A stretch of 64,000 bases of DNA from an uncultured Planctomycetota bacterium (GTDB lineage Bacteria > Planctomycetota > Planctomycetia > Isosphaerales > Isosphaeraceae). The DNA lies in NCBI GenBank assembly GCA_963737655.1, contig CAVTTN010000002.1, positions 64,001 through 128,000 of the forward strand. The letters run 5' to 3'. Made by a program: the position numbers and the translations under genes. Positions within the stretch are counted from its first letter, which is position 1. Each line of letters begins with the position of its first letter. Positions 46,209 to 55,439 of this stretch are shown here, one piece after another. The notes under the pieces are model-generated. The model was not told the origin of the DNA and ran no database searches. It saw nothing but the letters and a program-made list of their open reading frames with translations.

Positions 46209-47573
46209 TCAGAATTCGCGGTCCCGGAGGATTCCCGGGGCCGGGAGCGGGTACTTGCCATCGGGGTTCTTCTGGAGCGGGGCGGGGGAGTCCATGGTGA
46301 GCTGGGCGACCATCGGGGCGAACTCGTGGTCGCTGCTGAGCATCTCCTCGAACGTGACGACCTGGCCGGTGTGGGCGGACATCCGGCCCATCGCGGTGAC
46401 GAGGCTGGCCTCGGCGCCTCGGCGGACCTCGTTATACGGCCGGTCGTTGCGGATGGCGTCGATCAGGTGGTCCCATTCGAGCTGGTAGGGGTTCGGCTCG
46501 GGCTGGGCGGCGGCCCAGGTGATGTCCTTCTTGACGAACTTCTGGCCCTTGTAGATCTTGGCGCGGGACGGCGCGTGCGACGAGGTCGAGATGATCGCCG
46601 AGCCCTTGGAGCCGTGGGCGTAGCTGGCGAACTCGTTGTGGCAGCCGACGATGTTCCGGCCTTCGAGGAAGAGCTTGCTGCCGTCGTCGAAGGTGTACTC
46701 GACCGAGTAGGTGTCGAAGTTCTGGTCGATGTTGTCGCCGCGATAGGTCCGCGCCCCGGTGCCGACGGCCTTGACGGGCCAGGCGTCCTTCATCCAGCAG
46801 CATTCGTCGATGTTGTGGATCAGGAAGTCGCTGAAGCAGCCGCCCGAGGCCCAGAGGAAGGCGTGGAACCGCTTGATCTGGTACATCAGCTCGCTGATGT
46901 CGTCGGGCTTCGGGCCGGTGAAGGCCGAGCCGACCGGGCCGGTCTGGCGGTAGGCCCGCAGGGCGATGATGTCGCCGATCTCGCCGTCCTTGATCCGGCG
47001 GTGGAGCTCATTCCGGGCGTCGCAGTGGCGGCACATCAGGCCGACGCCGACCTTCAGGTTCTTCTTGACCGACTCCTCGCCCAGCGCCATCATCTTGCGG
47101 GTGGAGGGGCCGTCGACGGTGACGGGCTTCTCCATGAACACGTTCAAATTTTTCTCGATGGCCCGGGTGAACTGGACCCATCGGAAGGCCGGGGGGGTGG
47201 CCATGATGACCACGTCGCCCGGGGAGAGGCAGTCCATCGCCTTCTGGTAGGCGTCGAACCCGATGAACTTGCGGTCCTCGGGGACGTCCATCTTGTCGGC
47301 GAAGTCTTTCTTGAGGGCGTCGTGGCTGCTGGCCAGGCGATCGGGGAAGACGTCGGCCATGGCCACGAGCTTGATCGGCCCGTTCTTGACCGACAGGGCG
47401 TTCTCGGCGGCGCCGGTGCCTCGCCCTCCGCAGCCGACCAGGGCGACCTTGATCGTGTTGTCCTCTCCGGCGTGGACGAGGGGGACGGACATGCCGGCCA
47501 GGGTCGTGGCGGCGGCGACCCGGCCGGTGTCTCGGAGGAAATCGCGGCGAGATCCACCCTTGGGTTCGGTCAC
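46209..47573 (-). CDS. Tat-exported Gfo/Idh/MocA family oxidoreductase
   Basis: SRRDFL Tat signal, VALVGCGGRGTGA, ATPPAFR, VFMEKP and IHNIDE. Confidence 0.93.
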   Translation of the reverse strand: MTEPKGGSRRDFLRDTGRVAAATTLAGMSVPLVHAGEDNTIKVALVGCGGRGTGAAENALSVKNGPIKLVAMADVFPDRLASSHDALKKDFADKMDVPEDRKFIGFDAYQKAMDCLSPGDVVIMATPPAFRWVQFTRAIEKNLNVFMEKPVTVDGPSTRKMMALGEESVKKNLKVGVGLMCRHCDARNELHRRIKDGEIGDIIALRAYRQTGPVGSAFTGPKPDDISELMYQIKRFHAFLWASGGCFSDFLIHNIDECCWMKDAWPVKAVGTGARTYRGDNIDQNFDTYSVEYTFDDGSKLFLEGRNIVGCHNEFASYAHGSKGSAIISTSSHAPSRAKIYKGQKFVKKDITWAAAQPEPNPYQLEWDHLIDAIRNDRPYNEVRRGAEASLVTAMGRMSAHTGQVVTFEEMLSSDHEFAPMVAQLTMDSPAPLQKNPDGKYPLPAPGILRDREF

Positions 47574-47908
47574 GGAGGGGCTCCTTCGGCGGAGGGTCGA
47601 GAGGCGGCGGGATGGTCGGGAGGGATCGATCCGCGTCGGTCGCCGAGGGCGCCTTCGAGAGGCAGGGACCGCCGGGAGGGCCGGGGTTGCGGAGGGGGTC
47701 GTTCCGATCCCCACCTCCAGCCTATCAGACGGATCGGCGACTGCAAGCGGGCTCTCCGGGCGACCCCCGGGCCCCTTCCTCCTCCTCGGCGGCGGAGCCC
47801 GTGCCCCCGTCCCGCGGCACGAGGACGGAGAAACGGCCCTGGCTCGGGAGCGTGAGGCCCCGGCGATCCGCGCCATCCCGGGGCGAGACTCGAAGTCGAG
47901 TGAAATTT

Positions 47909-48047
47909 GCTCTGTCGCAAGCCTTTTCGATGTATCGAAAGGAGTAGGTCCGACTTCAGTCGGGCCTGTAAAAATCCCTTTTTTCGAAGGCCCGACTGAA
48001 GTCGGACCTACTCCTTTCCTCATTCTCAACAGGGTTTTCTACGGAGC
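47909..48047. repeat. GTAG-type REPIN-like element family C, copy 2
   Basis: Inner inverted arms GAAAGGAGTAGGTCCGACTTCAGTCGGGCCT (47937-48018); the outer flank AGGGTTTTCTACGG resembles that of copy 1. Confidence 0.85.
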
Positions 48048-48112
48048 AAGCCAGACGGAATTGCGCTTCTGGAGTCGATCGCGAGGGGACGACGCCATCG
48101 AGGCGCGCCGGC

Positions 48113-48379
48113 TCAAGGCGATCCATCGGGCGACGCGAATTGCGCCCGGTTCAGGGTCCGGTCTCCCGGATCGTCGGTCGGGTTTCGATCCCGATGGGCC
48201 AGGTCGGCTCCGGGGAACGGCGGCGGGACCATCACGCCCCGGGGGACTTTTCTCGGATCGGGGCCCTGGGTCGCGGCTCGGTCCGGCTCCCGACGGACCG
48301 GACCGGACCGGCATCCGGCGCCGATCAGGACGGCGATCGGGATCGTGAATGTGAAGATGGTCCCGAGTCGCCGGTTCAT
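48113..48379 (-). CDS. Possible small lipoprotein
   Basis: MNRRLGTIFTFTIPIAVLIGAGC looks like a signal peptide with lipobox; the Pro-rich remainder has no recognisable domain. Confidence 0.4.
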   Translation of the reverse strand: MNRRLGTIFTFTIPIAVLIGAGCRSGPVRREPDRAATQGPDPRKVPRGVMVPPPFPGADLAHRDRNPTDDPGDRTLNRAQFASPDGSP

Positions 48380-48450
48380 GGTCGCCGATCCCCTTGCGAT
48401 GGGTTCGATCGGAGGGGATATCGACCGGGTGGCGAGCGATCTGGACGCGC

Positions 48451-48481
48451 AAAGAAAAACCCCGGGCCGGTGCCCGGGGTT
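48451..48481 (-). terminator. Intrinsic terminator after tRNA-Asn
   Basis: On the minus strand, AACCCCGGGC-accg-GCCCGGGGTT followed by TTTCTTT. Confidence 0.75.
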
Positions 48482-48485
48482 GGAA

Positions 48486-48558
48486 CTCCCCGACAAGGAC
48501 TCGAACCTTGAACCTAGCGATTAACAGTCGCTCGCTCTACCGATTGAGCTATCGGGGA
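48486..48558 (-). tRNA. tRNA-Asn (anticodon GTT)
   Basis: Minus strand TCCCCGATAGCTCAATCGGTAGAGCGAGCGACT-GTT-AATCGCTAGGTTCAAGGTTCGAGTCCTTGTCGGGGAG. Confidence 0.95.
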
Positions 48559-48659
48559 ATCGGTCCCAGGAGCTTACCGGACGAAGCCGGCCGGCTCAAG
48601 GGCAATTCCCTGAGGAAGAGGAGACCGAGGGATCGGGGCTGGGGACAACGGGCGAGGGT

Positions 48660-48821
48660 CTACTCTTTGGCAGGGGCCTTTTCGTGCTGCTCGATGGCCT
48701 TCTCCAGGATTCCAACGATCAGGGCGTTCAGCGAGGCCTTGTCTTCCTTGGCCCAGCTCGCCAGTTGCTCGTGGAGTGCTGGCGGCATGCGAATCTGGAA
48801 GTGGACCACGGTCTCGGGCAT
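48660..48821 (-). CDS. 53-aa Arc/HicB-like ribbon-helix-helix DNA-binding protein (not in the ORF track)
   Basis: MPETVVHFQIRMPPALHEQLASWAKEDKASLNALIVGILEKAIEQ fits the RHH pattern FxLRxPxxLHxxLxxxAxxxxxSLN; GAGG RBS. Confidence 0.8.
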   Translation of the reverse strand: MPETVVHFQIRMPPALHEQLASWAKEDKASLNALIVGILEKAIEQHEKAPAKE

Positions 48822-49109
48822 GGAAGCACCTCGTCAAGTCTCACTCGGGGACGGGCGGACGCCACGGGGAGGCGGCCTGTCCGTCTTCCGGGCCCCGGTA
48901 CGTTCGCCAGGCGGGCATGCATTGAGATTGTAACCTGAAAATCGGGCGGACGCTTCCCATTTTTCTTTGAAGCGGCGCGACCACCCGGTCGGAGGCTTGT
49001 TCGCGACCCGAAGGTCGAATAAAACTAGGGACACCGACGGGTCGATCGGCGTCGCCGGCGCGCCGAGGGCCGCGGACCCAGCCCCTCTCCCGATCGGCGA
49101 TTGGCACTC

Positions 49110-49685
49110 ATGGACCCCAGGTCGTTTCCTCCGGGCGAGGCGCCCCCGCCGGACCGACAGCCCGGAGAACCGGCGAAGGACGAGATCGTCCGCCAGTTCG
49201 TCGAGCACTGGGGCCTCATGGCCCGCTCCTGGGGCATCAATGCCACCATGGGGGAACTCTTCGCCCTGCTGTACATCACCGGCACGGACTGGACGGCCGA
49301 CGACCTCCGGAAGGAGCTGGACATCTCCCGGGGCAACGTCAGCATGAACCTCCGGGAGCTGATGGCGTGGGGCGTCGTCCACCGGGTCCATCGGACCGGA
49401 GAACGCCGGGAGTTCTACCGGGCCGAGGCCGACGTCTGGACCCTGTTCCGCCGCATCCTGGGCGAGAGGAAGCGTCGGGAGCTCGACCCGACCCTCGTGG
49501 TCCTGGACCGGGCCGCCACGCGGTCCCAGGCCGATCCGACCCTGGCCCCGCTCCATGCCCGGGTCGTGGCGCTCCAGAGGTTCTTCGGCCTGATCAATTC
49601 GCTGGCGACCCGGCTCGGAACCCTCGAACCGGGCGATCTCGCCGAGATGACCGCATTCCTCGAAGCCGAGGACGGCCGGGCCTGA
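49110..49685 (+). CDS. GbsR/MarR-family transcriptional regulator
   Basis: FVEHWGLMARSWGIN, LDISRGNVSMNLRELMAWGVV and ERREFYRAE. Confidence 0.88.
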   Translation: MDPRSFPPGEAPPPDRQPGEPAKDEIVRQFVEHWGLMARSWGINATMGELFALLYITGTDWTADDLRKELDISRGNVSMNLRELMAWGVVHRVHRTGERREFYRAEADVWTLFRRILGERKRRELDPTLVVLDRAATRSQADPTLAPLHARVVALQRFFGLINSLATRLGTLEPGDLAEMTAFLEAEDGRA

Positions 49686-49712
49686 TCGTTCGCCAGGCCC
49701 GGCCGACCCGAG

Positions 49713-50423
49713 TTAGCGACCCGGAGGGGCGCCGGGAGGTCCGCCCTCGGGCGGGCCGCCTCCGGGCGGGGGGCCTCCCGGACCTCCCGGGGGCGGGCCG
49801 CCCGGGCCACCGAACCCTCCCGGGCCCGGCGGGCCTCCCATGCCCGGTCCTCCCGGTCGAGGACCGCCCATCCCGGGACCGCCCATCCTCGGCCCCATGA
49901 TTCGATGCTCCTTGTGGCAGGCGGCGCAGGAGTTGGCAAGCTGGCCGTGGGCCGTCCTGGCGGCGGCGGTGTCCTTGGCCTGGGCGGCGGTGTCCAGCTC
50001 GCCCGCCGCCAGGGCGAAGGCTTCGGTCAATTTCGCCCAGGATTCCTTGGAACCCTTGGGCGGATCAAGCTTTCCGAGCTCGGCCGAGAGCGAGGCGTAT
50101 TGCTTGGCCTCGGGCTGGATCGCCGACCAGTCGGGCATGTCGGCCTTCAGGGCCTCGCCGATCTTGGGCGTCAGGGAGTTCGGCCCCTTGGCCAGGACGG
50201 TCATGATCCTCTTGATTTCTCGGGAGCCCGGGCCCGCCGGTTCGCCCGGACCACCCGGGCCGCCGGGGCCGCCGGGGCCGGAATTCGTGGGCGGGGGCTG
50301 GCTTGTGGACGTCACGGGGCTGGCCGACGGTCCGCTCGGTTCCTCCCCACATCCACCCAGGACTCCGAGGGCGACGGCGACGAGCCCAGGACCCAGGGCG
50401 ATGACAGTGCGAGATCTCGACAT
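49713..50423 (-). CDS. Lipoprotein cytochrome c (class II / cytochrome c'-like) with Gly/Pro-rich tail
   Basis: Lipobox LGGC, helical bundle, C-terminal CAACHKEH heme motif, GGPG/GGPP repeats. Confidence 0.8.
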   Translation of the reverse strand: MSRSRTVIALGPGLVAVALGVLGGCGEEPSGPSASPVTSTSQPPPTNSGPGGPGGPGGPGEPAGPGSREIKRIMTVLAKGPNSLTPKIGEALKADMPDWSAIQPEAKQYASLSAELGKLDPPKGSKESWAKLTEAFALAAGELDTAAQAKDTAAARTAHGQLANSCAACHKEHRIMGPRMGGPGMGGPRPGGPGMGGPPGPGGFGGPGGPPPGGPGGPPPGGGPPEGGPPGAPPGR

Positions 50424-50919
50424 CCCAGGAAATTCTCCAGTTGGGAAGGGAAATAGGAGCGTGGCGCTCGTGGCGACGAGACCCGCCGCGGCCGACGATT
50501 CGAAGGCCTCGATTCCGTGAAAGAGCGGGAATGGATCGTCGCCACGAGCGCCCGGTCGGGGTTCTCGTCGGCGCGTCGTTCACGCTCTTCCAAGAAAAAA
50601 TCAGACACCCCCCTTTTCCCTCGGCCGAAGGCGACTAAAAAGGGGTTGTTGAGATCGTCTTCGATCTCCCGAGCCACGAGCGAACGGACCGAGCGGACTG
50701 CCTGCGCAATCTGGGCGGAAGGCGTGGGCAACTCACCTTGGGGGTGGGAGTCCGCGAGGCCGTAACCTCAACCGGGAGTCGTCGCCGTCCAAACGGGCGG
50801 GTCGGCGGCTCCCGGTTGGTTATTTCGACGAGGACGAGCGAAGCCCTCGCGGCGCCCACGGAGGGCGGCGAGGGCTTCGACTTGAGATCAGGGACGATGC
50901 GACCGATTCGGGCCGGGCC

Positions 50920-51591
50920 TCACTGGCCGCCGCCGGGGCGGCGGGGCATCTCGGGCTTGTAGTCGAACGGGGCGCCGGTCATTTCCTTGTAGGTGGCCTT
51001 CTGGGAGTCGGTCAGGATGTTCATGGCCTTCTCCTTGGTCTCCTTGGTGACCGTCTCGCGCTTCTTGGTGGCCGCCTCGCGATCGGCCTGCATGTCCTCG
51101 CGGGTCGGCATCTGGCTGCGCATCTCTTCGCCGAGGGTCTGGAGCTTTTCCTTCTGCTCGTCGGTGATGCCCAGCTTCTTCTGGATGTCCGGGCTGTTGA
51201 AGGCCTGGAAGCCCTGGACCTGGAGCGAGATCTGATCGAACCGCTTGGTCTGGTCGGCGGTGAGGATGCCAGAGGCAACCTTCTTGGTCTCGTCGTTCAT
51301 CTCCTTCATGACGGTCTGCATCTTCTGCTGGCGCTCGCCGGCGTCCAGGTTCTGGAGCTCGGAGAACTTCTCGCGCATCTTCTCGCTCATCTCGGTCTGG
51401 GCCTTCTTGGCCTTCTCGATCTGCTCGTCGGAGAGCTTCAGCTCCTTCTGGACGCCGGAGTTGGTCAGGAGGTTCAGCCCGCCTCCCCCGCCCATCATGC
51501 CGCGGCCGCCGAAGCCCTGGGCCCGGGCCTGGGAGCTCGTCAGAAAGGCCGCCAGCCCCAGGGCCACCGCCAGCTTCAAGGAAGTCCTCAT
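50920..51591 (-). CDS. Exported helical protein with LTxxQ motifs (Spy/CpxP-like)
   Basis: Signal peptide ending ARAQ; repeats ELKLSDEQ, ILTADQ, LGITDEQ and ILTDSQ. Confidence 0.75.
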   Translation of the reverse strand: MRTSLKLAVALGLAAFLTSSQARAQGFGGRGMMGGGGGLNLLTNSGVQKELKLSDEQIEKAKKAQTEMSEKMREKFSELQNLDAGERQQKMQTVMKEMNDETKKVASGILTADQTKRFDQISLQVQGFQAFNSPDIQKKLGITDEQKEKLQTLGEEMRSQMPTREDMQADREAATKKRETVTKETKEKAMNILTDSQKATYKEMTGAPFDYKPEMPRRPGGGQ

Positions 51592-51764
51592 CGCGCGTCC
51601 TCCGCCAATCTCAGGGTGATGTCTCATCAGGCCGATGGCGACTGAAGCCCCGCCCGACCTGGAAGCGGGGCTTCCCGTGCTGAGAATAGCGACAAGTCAC
51701 CCCGTGGAGGCGCGGAAAATCCCGGGTATGGCCGGATTTCGGTCGAGGGCCGAGGCGCCGCCGA

Positions 51765-52547
51765 TCAACCCGGCATCTCCCCCCGGGCCAGCTCATCTTC
51801 CCACTGGTCGAGCAACGGCCAATCCACGGCGCAGGTGCCGAAGTCGGCCATGTGGGTGTAGGATTCGAGCCGGGCGATCGTCGCGTCGAGCAGAGCGTCA
51901 TCCTTGCGGAAGATGGGGCCGTGCGACGGGAGCAAGTACTGGGCGTCGCAGGCGCGAATTCGCCTCAAGCTGGCGAGGAAATCCACCAGGTTCGAGCCGT
52001 GGTGGGCGTCGATCACCCCCACGCAGCCGTCTCGGAAGATGTTATCCCCCGAGAAGAGCAGAGGGCCCATCCGGAACGCGAGCTGGCCGGCGGTGTGCCC
52101 CGGGGTGCTCCAGACTTCCAGGGTCCGGTCGCCGATGGCCAGCCGATCCCCCTCGTCGATCGTCAGGTCCACCTTGCATCGGGGCATGGGGATGTGGATG
52201 TTCTGGGCGTCGATCCGCGAATAGGTGAGGATCTCGTCGCCCTCTTCCAGGGGCTTGACGCTCCTGGGATGGGCGGCGACCTGGCACTTGAGGATCTCCC
52301 GGGCCCGGGCCAGGCCCTGGGCGTGGTCGGCGTCGGCATGGGTGGCGAGGATCATCTTGCAGGCCGAGAGGCTGAAGCCCATCCGGCGGATCAGCTCCAG
52401 GACATCGCCGAGCTCGTCCAGGAACCCCACGTCGATCAGGGCGTACTCGGACCCGCCGTCGATCAAATAGATGTTCACGCCCAGGCGGCGGCGGGCCTGG
52501 ACGTTCATCTCGATCACGCCGGGGAAGACGTACTGACGATCGATCAT
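51765..52547 (-). CDS. Metallo-beta-lactamase-fold hydrolase
   Basis: LIDVG, THADADH, TPGHT, FSGD and LPSHG. Confidence 0.9.
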   Translation of the reverse strand: MIDRQYVFPGVIEMNVQARRRLGVNIYLIDGGSEYALIDVGFLDELGDVLELIRRMGFSLSACKMILATHADADHAQGLARAREILKCQVAAHPRSVKPLEEGDEILTYSRIDAQNIHIPMPRCKVDLTIDEGDRLAIGDRTLEVWSTPGHTAGQLAFRMGPLLFSGDNIFRDGCVGVIDAHHGSNLVDFLASLRRIRACDAQYLLPSHGPIFRKDDALLDATIARLESYTHMADFGTCAVDWPLLDQWEDELARGEMPG

Positions 52548-52666
52548 GGATGGGTTCGCGAAGGGGAGGACGGACGTGAAGGGGCCGGGCGATGCCTCGG
52601 CCCCGGCCGATTTTACGGGCCCGAGCCGGTCCCGGCAACTCGATTGGGCGGGCCCGACCCGGCGGA

Positions 52667-53810
52667 TCACGACCGGGGCGACGGATTTCCGCCCCGTCCC
52701 CGGGGTTCCTCCGCGTCGGGATGCGGCGGGCAAGGGGGCTCGATCCGGGAGAACCGCTCGATGATCCCCGGCAGCTCCTCCAGGGCGAATTGCCGGACCA
52801 CGCCCCCTTCGAGATGGGCCGCCTTGTTCATCCCGTAGACGACGGACGAGGATTCGTCCTGCCCCCGGGTCGTCCCCCCCGAGCTCAGGATTCGCTTGCA
52901 GCCCTCGATCCCGTCGCGACCCATCCCGGTCATGATGAGGCCCAGCATGCCCGGCCCGTAGACCGTGGCCGCTGAATGGAACAGCATGTCGATCGACGGC
53001 CGATGCCCGCTGACGGGCGGGCCGTCGGACAGCATGGCCCGGACCTGGGGCGGACGGCCGACCAGGGTCAGGTGACGGCCTCCCGGGGCGATCAGGATCT
53101 GGTTGGGGAGGACGCGATCGCCCTCGCGGGCCTCCTTCACCGGGACGGCGCAGAGGCGGGCGAGCCTCGCGGCGAAGGCCCCGGTGAACTGGGCCGGCAT
53201 GTGCTGGACGATCACGATCGGCGCCAGGGGCGGCGAAAGCTCGGGCAAGGTCTGGCTGAGGGCCTGGGGGCCTCCGGTGGAGATCCCGATCGCCACGCAG
53301 GTCATGCCGAGGTGGGCGGGTAGGCTCAGGCTCGCCTCCGGTCCCTCGATCCGAGGTTCCGGCCGGCTCCGGCGAGGCGGGGGCGGGCCCGGACGGCGGA
53401 CCTTGCTCTGGGCCGCCGAGAGGACCTTGAACACCAGCAAGTCGGCCGACGCCTTCAGCTCCGTGACCTTGTGGGGGCCCGGCTTGGGCAGGAAGTCCAC
53501 GGCGCCGAGCGAGAGCGCCTCCAGGGTGACCTCCGCGCCTTCCTGGGTCAGCGAGCTGACCATCACGACCGGGGCCTCGTGGAGCCTCCAGGAGGGCCGG
53601 CAACGCCTCCAGGCCGGTCATCCCGGGCATCTCGACGTCCAGGGTGATGACGTCGGGCCTCAGGCGAACGGCCAGGTCGATGGCCTCGGCGCCGTCCTTG
53701 GCCGAGCCGATGACCTCGATCTCGGGCGAGGACCGCAGCATGTCGGTCAGGAGCTTGCGCATCAGGGCCGAGTCATCGACCACCAGGACCCGGACGGGGC
53801 CGGTTGTCAT
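52667..53810 (-). CDS. cheB: Chemotaxis methylesterase CheB; apparent frameshift at ~53585
   Basis: Receiver VLVVDDS...TLDVEMP; catalytic GISTGG, VQHM, HRPSID and TGMGRDG in the second frame. Confidence 0.93.
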
Positions 53811-54226
53811 GGGGCGCCTCGCGGGTCGGGAGGGGGGCCTTCGGGGGCGGTCCGAGGGGGATGGGCGCGGCCTCCGACCCTGTCCAGGAGGCTGGTGATC
53901 CGGCCCCTCTCGAACGGCTTGACGATGAAGTCCAGCGCCCCCGCGCCGATGGCGTCCTGGAGCGTCTGCTTCTGGTCCAGGGCGGTGATCATGACCACCC
54001 GGGCCTGGGGATCGAGCGCCCGGATCGCCCGGAGGGCGTCCAGGCCGCCCATCTCGGGCATGACGACGTCCATCGTGACGAGGTCCGGCCGGAGGCGCTC
54101 GTACATCGCGACGGCCTCGACGCCGTTGGCGGCCTCCCCGGCGACGTCCCAGCCGGCCTGGGTCGCCACGTCGCGGATCAGCCTCCGCATCAGCATCGCA
54201 TCATCCACGACGAGCAAGCGTTTCAT
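53807..54226 (-). CDS. cheY: Chemotaxis response regulator CheY
   Basis: Single receiver domain LVVDDA, TMDVVMP, ITAL and FIVKPF, inside the che operon. Confidence 0.9.
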   Translation of the reverse strand: MKRLLVVDDAMLMRRLIRDVATQAGWDVAGEAANGVEAVAMYERLRPDLVTMDVVMPEMGGLDALRAIRALDPQARVVMITALDQKQTLQDAIGAGALDFIVKPFERGRITSLLDRVGGRAHPPRTAPEGPPPDPRGAP

Positions 54227-54274
54227 GGGTTCACTCGTGGGTCTGGGCGCCCGTCGCGATCATTATACCGGGGT

Positions 54275-54772
54275 TCAGATGTCGTAGCCCTCGCCTCCCG
54301 GGACGCGGATCGAGACCGTCCCGGACGAGGTATCGAACGTGAGCCTCCGGCCGGTCTCCCCGCCGACGTCCCGGGCCAGGACCGGGATGCCCAGCCCGGC
54401 GAGGATCTGCTCGACGGCCTCGCTATTGCGACGGCCGATGTCCATCGCCGGTCCCGCCTGGAACATGCTGGCTCCCCCGACGATCTTGGCGACCAGCCGG
54501 TTCCGACCGGCCCGGCCGCGGATCCGGTCGAGGTCGGCGATCATCCCGGGGATGGCCGTGTCGGCATACTTGCCGGGATGGTCGGTCGACCCGTTCGACG
54601 AGGGGAGCACAATGTGGGCCACTCCGCCGACCTTCGCCACGCGGTCGAACAGGACGACGCCCGCGCACGAGCCGAGCAGGGTGCGGAGCTGAGTCGGCGA
54701 CCCGGCGACGGCCCATCGGCCGATCGGGATCGAGACGACCTCGGGTGTTTCGGGCCCCGGGGCGATGCTCAT
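54275..54772 (-). CDS. cheD: Chemoreceptor glutamine deamidase CheD
   Basis: TLLGSCAGV, AHIVLP, KYADTAI, AKIVGGASMF, IGRRN and DVGG. Confidence 0.93.
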   Translation of the reverse strand: MSIAPGPETPEVVSIPIGRWAVAGSPTQLRTLLGSCAGVVLFDRVAKVGGVAHIVLPSSNGSTDHPGKYADTAIPGMIADLDRIRGRAGRNRLVAKIVGGASMFQAGPAMDIGRRNSEAVEQILAGLGIPVLARDVGGETGRRLTFDTSSGTVSIRVPGGEGYDI

Positions 54773-54781
54773 GGCGGGGCC

Positions 54782-55418
54782 TCACGGGGTCGGGAGTTCC
54801 GTCATCGACGACGCCATCTTCTCCAGAGAGTCGCCGCTGGGGATCAGCAGGAGCGACCAGTCGAGCTTCATCGGGTCGGCCTCGAAGACGGTCCGGGCCA
54901 CGAGCAGGCGATCGAGCCGGACGGCCTGCTCCATCAGGGCGAATTCCAGGAGGCTCCCGGCGAACTCGTGGCGGAACGTCGGCGGCGAGGGCACGATCGA
55001 CTCCGGGGCGTCGGTCGCCGAGGGGAGGCCCTCCGTCAGCGAATTCAGATAGGCGCAGCCGACGATATTGGCGGTCTCCATCGCGGCCGACCGCTCCAGC
55101 TCTCCCCAGGCCGAGGCGGTCCCCATCGGCTGACCCAGGAGGAGATCGGCCAGGGCCAGGCCCGAGCGGTCCCCGAAGACCAGGAGGAGATGGCCGGAGA
55201 TCCGGCCGCCGAGCTCGAGGGAGCAGCAGGCGACGAGCGAATCCGCCGGGCCCGAGGAGCTCGGCCGCCTCGTCGAGTCCGACCTCGTCCACCTGGTTGA
55301 CGATCAGGCGAGCGGGCTGGCCGAGCCAGCGGGAGAGGGCCCGCGAGGCGTCCTCCGCTCCCCTCGCGAAGATCGCCGCGAGCCTCTGCGTCTGGGGCTT
55401 CGTCAGGATCGGGACCAT
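54782..55418 (-). CDS. cheC: CheC-family phosphatase; apparent frameshift at ~55250
   Basis: GAEDASRALSRWLG N-terminus; second frame GHLLLVF...ERSAAMETANIVGCAYLNSL (SxxxExxN motif). Confidence 0.85.
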
Positions 55419-55439
55419 CGGCCAATCGCCTCCCTGGTG

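Noticed and set aside
45696..48558. Integrative element or prophage at tRNA-Val or tRNA-Asn
   Set aside because: No integrase, no duplicated tRNA 3' end seen and no phage genes.
50700..50760. Resemblance to a ZTP (pfl) riboswitch or SRP RNA
   Set aside because: Only partial similarity; the downstream GCCTGGG pseudoknot strand and the SRP core motif are absent, and no suitable plus-strand gene follows.
51765..53810. Apparent 681-aa CheB receiver-MBL hydrolase fusion
   Set aside because: Produced by the cheB frameshift reading through off-frame; the MBL gene has its own ATG at 52547 and the linker is nonsense-like.
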